Assembly: GCA_964473825.1 (NCBI GenBank)
Contig: CAYYQL010000001.1
Span: forward strand, 128,001-192,000
Direction of reading: 5' to 3'
Source of the DNA: an uncultured archaeon
GTDB taxonomy: Archaea; Asgardarchaeota; Thorarchaeia; Thorarchaeales; Thorarchaeaceae
DNA length: 64,000 nucleotides
Shown here: piece by piece, positions 48,948-58,372 of the stretch
How the letters are laid out: the number at the start of each line of letters is the position of its first letter
Position numbering within the stretch: position 1 is the stretch's first letter
The notes under the pieces: generated by a model
Told to the model about the DNA's origin: nothing
Databases searched by the model: none
The model's input: only the letters and a program-made list of their open reading frames with translations
Made by a program: the position numbers and the translations under genes

Positions 48948-49997
48948 CTATTTCCATACATGACGGAAAACTCTTAGAAGGTTGTTACCCATGATTTTCG
49001 TAAGGTCTTCTTCAGAGTACCCATTCTCCAGCAGGCTCTTGCGCAGATTAGGCATATCAGCGATACTCTGGAACCCGTCAGGGTAATCAAACTGTATCTT
49101 CTTGTGACCCAGATCCTGTCCAGATTCCCATATAACCGCATGTTGTTCTTCAGGCCAGTTCTCAAGCAGATCGGGGCCAACCCCCACATGTTCTATACCA
49201 ACGAGGTCATCGATGTACTCAATATGTCTGACCATATCTTCGACTGATGCCTGTCCTGAATCAACAAGAAAAGAAGGTAGGCAGTGGATACAGATCACCC
49301 CACCATTTGATCCCACCTTCTCTATGACCTCGTCTTCAAGATTCCGCGGATGACCACAGCGTGATTTGGCATTAGAATTGGAAGCTATTACTGGATCTGA
49401 AGATAACTCAAGTACGTCATGGCATCCCTTCGGTGAGAGTTGTGAGATGTCTATCACCATGCCGATTCTATTCATCTCTTCTACAACGCTCACACCAAAC
49501 TCTGTCAGTCCGCCAGTGGTACGTCCCATGCAGCTATCAGATATCTGATTCCTTCGGTTTGCTGTGAGATGCAGGCACCGAATTCCAAGTCGATAGAAAG
49601 TCCGAAGAAGGGCCAAGTCTTGTCGAATCGGTGATCCGCCCTGCAAACACAATACTATGCCCAAGTTTTCCTCGCCAACGACTTGGTCGAAATCGCTATA
49701 CTGAGTGATTATGGAAATCCTCTCGGAGCTCTCTCGTGCTTCACTCCGCATGTAATCTATCCCACTCAGCGACCGCTCAAGAGGGTCCGCATTCGTAACT
49801 ATTTTGCTCAAGGGGAAAAGAGAGAACATGTTGGTGCCGCCGCCAACGTGATCGCAAATAACATTCACTCCTCCCTCTTTCAGAACAGGGTAGTGCCGAC
49901 GCTCCAAAACATGAGTTTCCCCGCGACTGCGCCTTTCAGCTACATCAATGAGATAGTCTGTGTGCGCAAGAATTGTAAAATTGCTGTCCTTCTTCAT
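48948..49997 (-). CDS. Membrane-dipeptidase (M19) family protein with altered metal ligands
   Basis: HTD, LGIR..LT, GLTEFG..VV.EMNR.GMVID, PRNL.D, HVG.G.D, KIMG.N. Confidence 0.85.
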   Translation of the reverse strand: MKKDSNFTILAHTDYLIDVAERRSRGETHVLERRHYPVLKEGGVNVICDHVGGGTNMFSLFPLSKIVTNADPLERSLSGIDYMRSEARESSERISIITQYSDFDQVVGEENLGIVLCLQGGSPIRQDLALLRTFYRLGIRCLHLTANRRNQISDSCMGRTTGGLTEFGVSVVEEMNRIGMVIDISQLSPKGCHDVLELSSDPVIASNSNAKSRCGHPRNLEDEVIEKVGSNGGVICIHCLPSFLVDSGQASVEDMVRHIEYIDDLVGIEHVGVGPDLLENWPEEQHAVIWESGQDLGHKKIQFDYPDGFQSIADMPNLRKSLLENGYSEEDLTKIMGNNLLRVFRHVWK

Positions 49998-50016
49998 TTG
50001 ATACACCATTCTCTCG

Positions 50017-51372
50017 TTATGTGTCCTTGCTGAGCAACGACGCCAGAGCTCTAACATCGTCACATCTTCTCAAATTCATGACTATTTTGATGATCTCTTC
50101 AACCCTATCCGCTTCCAGACAGTTCCGAGCAAGTTTCCTGAACTTCTCTAGGACTTCGTTCTGAGTCATCTTCTTGGGTTGAAGAACATAGGAGCTCTCA
50201 ACACTGAGTCCGTGCGTGGTTTCAATCTCTGCTTTCGCAGCCATCCTGTTGTCAAGCCCTCTCTCCTCTAGACTGGAATCAACTTCAGTTACAGTGCGTT
50301 GGACCATGGCTCTAAGGCTCGAGTCTTGTATCCTCTCATCAGTGTACTGGTCAATGCCTAGCTCCCCTTCGACAATCCTTGCCGCGACAGCATATTCCAT
50401 GCTCATCTGAGCGGAAGAAACATTGTCATAGGCATCACCGACGTTGTTCTTGAGCGCACCTGATGTTGTCCGAATCGTCACCCTCCTAATGTCATCAGAC
50501 TTCAACGAATGCTCATCGAGAATCTCGGCAACTGCGTCCACTACGGCATGGAAGCTTGTACAACACGGGTACTTTTTCAATCTGAGTTTTCTGATTTCAT
50601 AAACGTCCCCCAGTCCCTCAAGTATCTCATCAATCGTGCAATCTGGTGAATGAGCTAGACAGAATCCACCTTGGGGAGACTCGAGGATGTCTCTGAACCC
50701 GGTAAATCCCCGCCTTGCCAACAAAGATGCCATGATAGCACCTTGGGCTGAACGCGCATTTACAAGTCGTTTTGCCATTGCTCCAAAACCATAGGTAAGC
50801 AGACCTCCAACGTAAGGACCTGCAATTCCCATGGCATTGACGATTCCGTCTGTATCAAGAGCCATGATCTTAGCGGAAGCTACAGCAGCCCCAAAGGTCG
50901 AGCATATCGCAGTGCTATTCCATCCGTGCAGAACAGACCAGCCAAGCCCGGCCCTGACTCTGGCAGATACTTCGTGTCCAGCAAAAACAGCACCAAGGAG
51001 TTCGGTCCCAGTCACCGATTCGACACATTCAGCGGAAGCAATTGCTGAAGTTACAACAAGAGCGCCAGGGTGAATTCCTGTAGGAACATATGTGTCATCG
51101 AACTCAAAGGAGTTGACTGCATGAGCGTTGGCTAACACGGCATTCACGGCTGGCGCTTTCCAGTCATGTCCCCAGATGGTAGCTTCCTCTTTGCCGCTCC
51201 AATCCTTAACAAGTCCTGCGGATATCTGAACCCACGGCAGAGTAGAACCAAAAAGCCCACACCCCAATATATCAAGAATATCCATCTTGGCAGCTTCTAC
51301 AAACTCCTTGGGAATATTGTCCAAATCTATAGTGGCTGCCCAACCAGCCAGTACCTCACTTACAGTAGGCAA
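50017..51372 (-). CDS. MmgE/PrpD-family protein (second copy)
   Basis: DILGC, AVLANA, EFDDT..HPG, LARRGFTG, KKYPCC. Confidence 0.88.
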   Translation of the reverse strand: MPTVSEVLAGWAATIDLDNIPKEFVEAAKMDILDILGCGLFGSTLPWVQISAGLVKDWSGKEEATIWGHDWKAPAVNAVLANAHAVNSFEFDDTYVPTGIHPGALVVTSAIASAECVESVTGTELLGAVFAGHEVSARVRAGLGWSVLHGWNSTAICSTFGAAVASAKIMALDTDGIVNAMGIAGPYVGGLLTYGFGAMAKRLVNARSAQGAIMASLLARRGFTGFRDILESPQGGFCLAHSPDCTIDEILEGLGDVYEIRKLRLKKYPCCTSFHAVVDAVAEILDEHSLKSDDIRRVTIRTTSGALKNNVGDAYDNVSSAQMSMEYAVAARIVEGELGIDQYTDERIQDSSLRAMVQRTVTEVDSSLEERGLDNRMAAKAEIETTHGLSVESSYVLQPKKMTQNEVLEKFRKLARNCLEADRVEEIIKIVMNLRRCDDVRALASLLSKDT

Positions 51373-51390
51373 TCAAAATCACCATCAACT

Positions 51391-51711
51391 CTATTCTTTT
51401 CTTTCAGCCCTACGAATATGAAACACCACTGGCCTTGCTGCATCTGGACAGGCATGAACGATGACACCATCTTTTGCCCAAGGATACTGGAAACCAACTC
51501 TCATAGGATGAATCTTGTGCATCATCGTGACCAGCGCACTATAGCAAATCACGCCTTCTATCTCGGCCTCTTTGAAGAGTATCTTGTCACCGGGCTTGTA
51601 ATATCTACACGGGCCTTTTCCGCCTGTATCCTCACCGTCCAGTCCATGCACTGACACAACTTCGGCAACAATTTCGTGCGTTTCATAAGGAGTTTTATAT
51701 TCTTTAGCCAT
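51391..51711 (-). CDS. Small Cys-containing protein (TIGR04076-like)
   Basis: GPCRYYKPGD, IC..AL, CPD...PVVF.I.R. Confidence 0.7.
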   Translation of the reverse strand: MAKEYKTPYETHEIVAEVVSVHGLDGEDTGGKGPCRYYKPGDKILFKEAEIEGVICYSALVTMMHKIHPMRVGFQYPWAKDGVIVHACPDAARPVVFHIRRAERKE

Positions 51712-51758
51712 TAACGGACACCTTCGTGAATATACGAAAATATAGAAAAAACATGCAT

Positions 51759-52628
51759 TTATTTCTCTCTATCCTTCTTGATTCTTGAGAAATCCTCGGC
51801 AAGCATTCCAAGCTTGTACATGCAGGCAAGATGATTGCGGCATTGACGACAACCTTGCACGCATTCTTCAAGGCTTTCTGATGTTCCACTGACTATTGCT
51901 CCTTTGATAGAAACTATGGTATCAAGGATAGCTCTGACTTCATCTTCAGGTCCATCAATAACCATCGTAGTTGATCCTTCAGCTCCCTGGATGCCTCCCG
52001 CCCCAATGACGGTAACTCCGACATCTGCAAGAGTGGAGATGGCTTCCAATTCAGTGAATATTTCTCCAGTCAGTGGAATCAGGCCAACTGATGAACCCAA
52101 CGCAATGTCAATCGACTCTCGACCCGAGGCAAGGATGGCCTGCCTAATGGTCCCGGGGATCATCTTCTCCAGACCTACTGCAATTATCACCTTGCAGCCT
52201 TGACTAGAGAATCCACCCATAGCGCGACCAGGATAGTGCCCAAGAGGAGCTGCTGCCATCATAGCAGCGTTCCCGTCAGCATCGATTGCGTTTGCACTTG
52301 TGATAATAATGTCGTTTCGGCCTAGACCCCCGGTGATTTCTTCGATGCCTGTATCCGCATCTCGAACGGAACCTCTATCAATAAGAACACAATGCGACTG
52401 GTTATGTTTCTCAAGTGCGTTCTTAGTGCCCCTCGGTGTTATTCGCCCACCAATTCTCAGACTAGACCCGATGAGTTCCTCCGCAATAGCAGAAACCGTC
52501 GTCCCGCCTTTGAGGAGGATGCGACCTTGTTCAAGTGCGCTCTTGACATCAGTTCTGGATGTGATCCCTTTTGCTATAATCCTCTTAGCTTCCGAAACCG
52601 TCAGACTGACTTGTGCTTTCATTGACAC
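51759..52628 (-). CDS. Conserved hypothetical protein with a C-terminal 4-Cys motif
   Basis: LTVSEAKRIIAKG, GTT, ANAID, VGLEKMIP, GGIQGAEG; C-terminal CxxxCxxCxxxxxC. Confidence 0.7.
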   Translation of the reverse strand: MSMKAQVSLTVSEAKRIIAKGITSRTDVKSALEQGRILLKGGTTVSAIAEELIGSSLRIGGRITPRGTKNALEKHNQSHCVLIDRGSVRDADTGIEEITGGLGRNDIIITSANAIDADGNAAMMAAAPLGHYPGRAMGGFSSQGCKVIIAVGLEKMIPGTIRQAILASGRESIDIALGSSVGLIPLTGEIFTELEAISTLADVGVTVIGAGGIQGAEGSTTMVIDGPEDEVRAILDTIVSIKGAIVSGTSESLEECVQGCRQCRNHLACMYKLGMLAEDFSRIKKDREK

Positions 52629-52646
52629 TCAATTCCCTAATTGGGA

Positions 52647-53630
52647 TTATTCAATCCACTCAGCCACTCTTGCTATCGTAAGAATGTTATTGCCCGGATA
52701 AGCAACCGGGAGTACAGGGACTCCCAAGACCATGCCATCTTGAGGCGCCAAGACCTTCTCTAGCTCGTTGCCGAAGAGGTCATAGATTGTCACCATATGA
52801 TCGCCTTTCTTGACTTCAGTACGGATTCTACACTTTTCGGTAGGCATCATGATTCCTCCATATCTACACCGCACATTCGCTCCTTCAAGAATCCCCCATC
52901 GCTCTGGAGACACAACATCTCCCTCAATAATCCCCGCAGATCTCATGATGTTTTTCATCGCGTCCACAAAGGCACGGACATTTCTCATAAGAGCATCGGG
53001 GAGCCTGTTACTTGAACCACCGAGCTCGGCAATTACGCAGGGAATTCCTCTTTCAGCGCATTCATTTAGCAGCGTCCCCGGATGATGGCTCTGATGCAGA
53101 TAAGTCCACTCTGGGCCCATTGCCTTTGCCAGCTGTATCGACTTTGGATCTTTGCTGACCATGACGCGGTTCGCAAGGTAAAAGAGATTCCCGCCCCCAT
53201 GTAACGAAACGACGTAGTCTGCCTTGGATACTACCTTTGAAACATAAGCATGGATAATCCTCTGCGAGACTGATCCGCTCTCGTTACCCGGAAAGAGGCG
53301 ATTCATGTCATAGTTGTATCTTTCATCCGGATTTCCCCTTGTAGACGACTCGTATGCTCGAGTATTCAGAGCAGGAACCACGATGACCTTTCCTTTAATA
53401 GTACTAGTGCGCAACTCCGTCACCAGACGAACAGCAGCAAGTGTGCCCTCCGCCTCATCACCGTGACAGCAGGCCTCAACCAAGAAGACAGGTCCCGGTT
53501 CTTGCCCACACAGGATGTTGATAGGAATGCCAAGTGGTGAGCCATCTGACCGAGTCGATACTTCTAACCATCCAGATTCAACAATGTCGCGTTTTTCCAG
53601 AATATCATCAATATCAGAGAATATCTTCAT
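52647..53630 (-). CDS. Succinylglutamate desuccinylase/aspartoacylase (M14/AstE) family
   Basis: HGDE, DMNRLFPG, SLHGG, AELGG, C-terminal barrel-sandwich domain. Confidence 0.88.
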   Translation of the reverse strand: MKIFSDIDDILEKRDIVESGWLEVSTRSDGSPLGIPINILCGQEPGPVFLVEACCHGDEAEGTLAAVRLVTELRTSTIKGKVIVVPALNTRAYESSTRGNPDERYNYDMNRLFPGNESGSVSQRIIHAYVSKVVSKADYVVSLHGGGNLFYLANRVMVSKDPKSIQLAKAMGPEWTYLHQSHHPGTLLNECAERGIPCVIAELGGSSNRLPDALMRNVRAFVDAMKNIMRSAGIIEGDVVSPERWGILEGANVRCRYGGIMMPTEKCRIRTEVKKGDHMVTIYDLFGNELEKVLAPQDGMVLGVPVLPVAYPGNNILTIARVAEWIE

Positions 53631-53828
53631 TTTGACCAGCCAATGGATGATTATGTATGCAATATATAAACGTGTTTTCTTTATCCTCTGGGAAACAGCA
53701 TGCCCGTCGAATATTTCTCAACGTGTTATTGAAGAAGAACTCTTCATTGAATGAAATGGAGAGTGATGGATTGTTTGACCAATCATTTCCCGTACAGTGG
53801 TGCGCTACAGTATATCCGGTCTTATGCT

Positions 53829-55253
53829 CTACCCAGATTCTCCAAAACACTGAATGACTGAAGCGATGAGCTTCTCGTAGCCTGCCAACCCCTGGATATC
53901 ACCATATCCCTCAACAACGAAGAACTCATTGCTTCCATGAGTGTGGCCCCCGAGACCCACACAACCTGTGGCAAATGGAAGATTAAGTGGAGGTTGATTG
54001 AAGACATAGATGGGAATCGTAGCTAGTGAGCTGGGCCAGACTTGAGCGTGAACATCAATACTCTCATACGCCTGAATCAAGGATCTCGCGATGTCTTCAT
54101 CTACTGAGGTCCGACATGTTTCGACACTTGCCAATTCTTCAATAACAATCCCGTCGAAACCGTGCGATGAAAGGTGTTTCTCGATCAGCTTTCGAGTTCT
54201 TGTAGGGCTTTGGCTTGGGATTAGCCGCATGTCAAGCTTGGCCCTTGCTTCGGATGGAACTACCGCTTCCGCGCCTTCGTTTATGTAACCACCCCAGATC
54301 CCATCTATGTTGATCTGCGATGTGAAGAAGAGTCGTTTCAGCAAATTCAAAGGCTCTATTTCATCATCTATGAGATTAGCTACTCCCAGACCTTCTTTGT
54401 AGGAGTCAACATCGAAATCTTCAGCCAAGTTTTCTACCAGTTCCATGAAGGTTGCATCAGGAGGAACAATATCATCTCCGAAGCCATCAATTACTACCTC
54501 ATTGCCATTCTCGTTCGTCATGGATGCTAGTGCGTGAACCAGATGCCATACTGGATTGTCTACTGCTGCTCTATGCATGCTGTGAATCTCATCATCCGGA
54601 CCTCTATGCCATGTACCGCTTGAGCAGCTCAGCTCAAGGTATGAAACCCCCTTATAGCCAAGCTGAACCCGTGCCACTCCCTTAGAATTTTGAGAAGAGA
54701 AAGGCATGTAGAGAGCATCCGCATTCTTCAGATTCTCCGTGTAATCTGCAACAAAAGACGGGAGATTCGGACTGAACATCTCTTCTTCGCCATCAATAAC
54801 GACCATGATGTTTACGGGAAAATCGTCGGAAACACTCTGAATACTCGAGATGGCATTTAGGATGCCGGTCACCTTCATCTTGTTGTTGACGCCTCTAGCA
54901 ACCAAACACTTACCCAATCCGGGTTTCTCGACAATTTCGCCGCCGTATGGAGGGAAATGCCACTTCTCCTCTTCTACAGGATTACTATCATATGCACCGT
55001 ATAGCAAGAGGGTCTTATCAGGACTAATCGAGGAGGAATATTCACCGTAAACAGTTGGATTTCCTTCTGGATTGTAGAGTTCAACAATGTGAAATCCGAT
55101 TTCGACCATCCACTGGCTGATAAACCGGGCACACTCTCGTGTGCCACGACCTTCAACTGAAACACTTGGATGCTTGACAAAGTCCTGCAAGCCCTTAAGA
55201 TGAACATCGCTGTGACTATCGATATACGCATGAATTTCTTCCAATAATGGCAT
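53829..55253 (-). CDS. M20-family amidohydrolase with altered metal ligands
   Basis: PSVS, NPTVYGE, YGAYD, ARG, GEEE, HS, DMRL.P, HGSNE. Confidence 0.85.
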   Translation of the reverse strand: MPLLEEIHAYIDSHSDVHLKGLQDFVKHPSVSVEGRGTRECARFISQWMVEIGFHIVELYNPEGNPTVYGEYSSSISPDKTLLLYGAYDSNPVEEEKWHFPPYGGEIVEKPGLGKCLVARGVNNKMKVTGILNAISSIQSVSDDFPVNIMVVIDGEEEMFSPNLPSFVADYTENLKNADALYMPFSSQNSKGVARVQLGYKGVSYLELSCSSGTWHRGPDDEIHSMHRAAVDNPVWHLVHALASMTNENGNEVVIDGFGDDIVPPDATFMELVENLAEDFDVDSYKEGLGVANLIDDEIEPLNLLKRLFFTSQINIDGIWGGYINEGAEAVVPSEARAKLDMRLIPSQSPTRTRKLIEKHLSSHGFDGIVIEELASVETCRTSVDEDIARSLIQAYESIDVHAQVWPSSLATIPIYVFNQPPLNLPFATGCVGLGGHTHGSNEFFVVEGYGDIQGLAGYEKLIASVIQCFGESG

Positions 55254-55330
55254 TAATATCCCGACAGAAAGAAGCAACCACCCATTATTTGTTATTTTCG
55301 AATTGCGCGGCATGCAGACTCCTAGTTGAA

Positions 55331-56530
55331 TTAAGAGTGGAGAACATCTACTTGCTTCGTATCCCTTGTGATTGCGAGAGCTGCAATTGCGGCAGTAACC
55401 ATCAGTACTGCTGCTATCTTGAAGATTGATGGGATTCCGAGAATAGTTGCTAGAATTCCTGCAACTACAGATCCAAACCCTGAACCAATATTGAACATTG
55501 TGGATAAGTAGGCCGCTGAAACACTTCTGGCTCCTGGCTCTGAATGTTCAGCAAGCATAGTGTATTCGGCAACGACTCGGAGACCAATCATTACACCAAA
55601 CATAGCCATCAACACTGCCAATACTATGAAATCCGTCATCTCAGAGATAAGGTAGTAGATAGCAGAAAGCGAAAAGAACGCCACAACAATACACCATCTA
55701 TAGTCCGTCCTGTTCAGCATCTTCCCAACCGGAAGTCTCACCGCCATATCTGTTGCACTCCTCACACCAAAAAGCAACGCCACGAGAGCAGCCGGGATCA
55801 GGAGAGAATTCTCTGCGTGGATAATGAAGAAGGTTATGAAAAATGCATAGGTGATTGCGTAGGCCAGACGGAGATAGGAGAGCAATAGCATATCTCTCGA
55901 CCTCAATATGTTAGTCATAGAAGAAGCAAGACTCGGACGTTCTTCGCCACCCGTTGGCTTCCTCAGATACTCGCCGTTTCGAGCGACAATCAGAAGCACC
56001 AAACCTATCAGAGGAACAATCGCTGCCACTTGAAATATCTGAGCATAGTCCATCATAGTTAGAAGAAAGGAACAAAGAAAGCTCCCGAGCATCGAAGCGA
56101 CGCCGTATGATGTCAAGAAGGCCCCCATGGTTTCACTCTCGCGGCCGCGAGGAGCAAGATTTTGAGATATAGCAACTGCAACAGGTACTACTGGTGCGAT
56201 AATGACTGCATGAATGATCTGGATGGCGTAGAACGCGTCTGTAGTAGATGCAATCGAGTACATCCATTGAACTATGCTCTGGCCCACTGCTGCCAGACCC
56301 AGTATATTCTTAGCAGGAATTGCCTCGGAGAACGCACCCAGTGGAATCTTCGCAATCATCAATCCAAACGAGAGCAATCCTATGACAAGGCCTAACTCGA
56401 CAGGAGATGCTCCAATCCTAGTGACGTGTAATGGGAGAATGGGACGGGTTGTTTCGACAGCAAGGAAGACTGTTACTGACGTAACAATGAGCACATAGAA
56501 CTCTGATGGATAGGTTCTTTCACTCACCAT
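55331..56530 (-). CDS. MFS transporter (paralog of 61280..62467)
   Basis: 12-TM pattern; shared YPxEFxxL, PILPLH and RxDYRW. Confidence 0.85.
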   Translation of the reverse strand: MVSERTYPSEFYVLIVTSVTVFLAVETTRPILPLHVTRIGASPVELGLVIGLLSFGLMIAKIPLGAFSEAIPAKNILGLAAVGQSIVQWMYSIASTTDAFYAIQIIHAVIIAPVVPVAVAISQNLAPRGRESETMGAFLTSYGVASMLGSFLCSFLLTMMDYAQIFQVAAIVPLIGLVLLIVARNGEYLRKPTGGEERPSLASSMTNILRSRDMLLLSYLRLAYAITYAFFITFFIIHAENSLLIPAALVALLFGVRSATDMAVRLPVGKMLNRTDYRWCIVVAFFSLSAIYYLISEMTDFIVLAVLMAMFGVMIGLRVVAEYTMLAEHSEPGARSVSAAYLSTMFNIGSGFGSVVAGILATILGIPSIFKIAAVLMVTAAIAALAITRDTKQVDVLHS

Positions 56531-56875
56531 AGAACATCATGTCTCCCACGATTATTGCAAATCCGAGCGAATTTTCCATATATTCGGGAAATAAACCTTC
56601 ATATAAAAACCGGTATTCGCCACAGTTCCAGCCAGTCTTTCGGGAACTTAAGATGATTCAAACAATGAATGCCTGAAGAGGAAACATCACAAGTTGCCTC
56701 GAACGCCTGTCTAAGGCAAATTCTGTACCGAGTGGTTCAACTCGCGCGAAGAGTATCGCGAGAGAACTCAGATTATGTATCATATCTTCCACGTGGAATT
56801 TTTTTTGCGAATATTCATCGGAATGGCAAGGGAATATCAGAGAATATATTAAGGTGAATCATTGTATTTTAAAAT

Positions 56876-58339
56876 ATGCCAGGCAATAATAAGTTCAGGA
56901 TGTATCAGTATCTTCAGAAACACAAGTCTGAAATAATGTCAGATATAGCAGCGAAGTCGGATGAGGTGAAGGTACCAAAGGATCAGTACGGCAAAATCGG
57001 GATGGGCGGGGGTTCTGGAACGCCACCTACCATCGCGGATAACATTCTAGAAGCGATGCACAAGGCCAGCAAGGAAGTAGTATCGCTTGTTACCTATATT
57101 GATAGAGTCCGAGACATGGTCAAGGACTTCTACGGAGACGATTATGATGCCACCGTTATGAGTACGGCTGAAGCTGCGCTCTGGGTCTCGTTTGAGGCTC
57201 TTGTGACACCACCCACACTGGGGAGAGGAAGCTCATACAGAGCAGCATACATCGCACCCTATGAAAGACATTTACATCATCAGGGAGGATATGGACGGCC
57301 ATTCCCACCCAAATACAAGGAGCTGTTCAGTGATCGTGGTGTTACGTCAGGAGAACTCGGTTTATCTGGAAAGAGACTATCCAATCTGGATTCTCTCATT
57401 GTGCCTCTTGAGGGAGCTCGTTACCCCGCTCACGGCATTAAGTATCATCCTGTACCCATTCTCACAGAGGTTGACCCCGATGCTTCAGCTGAGAGAATGA
57501 GAACAGTTGCAGAGAGACATATTGACCGTCTGGCAGCCTTCACATCTTTGGGGTATGACACAATCGGTTATGGATACAACATAAAGGACAAAGACGGAAC
57601 CCCAATGCTTCAGAAACTCATTGGAGAACTCGCAATGAAGTACGATGTGCCCTATATTTGTGATAATGCAAGGGGCACCCCGTTCTTGGGAACAGATCCT
57701 AGAAAGAACAATGCAGATGTCATGATGTACAGCATGGACAAAGCTGCAGGAGGACCAACATGCGGTCTCATTCTCGGAAAGGAAGATGTGATGGTTCCTG
57801 TCCGGAAGGCAATGGGAGTCCACGGAGCACGCGAGGGCACATCCTCATCATTTGGAAAAGCCGCGTACGTCATGGCTGATCCAGGAAAGGAGGCTCTAGC
57901 GGCAGTAGTGGTGGCCCTTGAGAATATTATCGAAAGGGGTGATGTGATGGAAGAGAATGTCAAACAGATGCACAAGACGGTCAAAGAGGTGACCTCAGAA
58001 TCCAATCTCATGAAGCAGGATGGTTGGAGAATCACACCCACGATAAACGGAATGGCAGTTGAAATCAACTATGCAGATACCTGGAAGGGCAGCGATTGGG
58101 GAATGCCCATATTCAGCATTGAGGATATGTATGCTGCCAGCAACTTGATACAGAGGGGAACGCCTCAGCTAGGAATTCGACCGCCATTGTGCTATGACGG
58201 AAACCTATTCTTAGTGATGGGACAGGCTAATCTAGATTCGGAAGGACGACTGCTTCCAGATGTGGTTGAGCTCTGTGTGAGGGGTTTGGTCGCAACGCTT
58301 GAAACTATAGCCGAGTGGGCCAGCAAGATGGAGAAGTAG
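56876..58339 (+). CDS. Fold-type-I PLP enzyme, SelA/MJ0158-like
   Basis: CDNARG (PLP Asp), YSMDKAAGGPTCGLILGK resembling SelA SGDKLLGGPQAG. Confidence 0.65.
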   Translation: MPGNNKFRMYQYLQKHKSEIMSDIAAKSDEVKVPKDQYGKIGMGGGSGTPPTIADNILEAMHKASKEVVSLVTYIDRVRDMVKDFYGDDYDATVMSTAEAALWVSFEALVTPPTLGRGSSYRAAYIAPYERHLHHQGGYGRPFPPKYKELFSDRGVTSGELGLSGKRLSNLDSLIVPLEGARYPAHGIKYHPVPILTEVDPDASAERMRTVAERHIDRLAAFTSLGYDTIGYGYNIKDKDGTPMLQKLIGELAMKYDVPYICDNARGTPFLGTDPRKNNADVMMYSMDKAAGGPTCGLILGKEDVMVPVRKAMGVHGAREGTSSSFGKAAYVMADPGKEALAAVVVALENIIERGDVMEENVKQMHKTVKEVTSESNLMKQDGWRITPTINGMAVEINYADTWKGSDWGMPIFSIEDMYAASNLIQRGTPQLGIRPPLCYDGNLFLVMGQANLDSEGRLLPDVVELCVRGLVATLETIAEWASKMEK

Positions 58340-58372
58340 GTAACAAACGACCAAAAAAGGTGACTACAGAAG

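Noticed and set aside
56876-58339. True selenocysteine synthase or a selenoprotein locus
   Set aside because: Only motif-level similarity to SelA; no selD/selB/tRNA-Sec and no in-frame TGA readthrough candidates noticed
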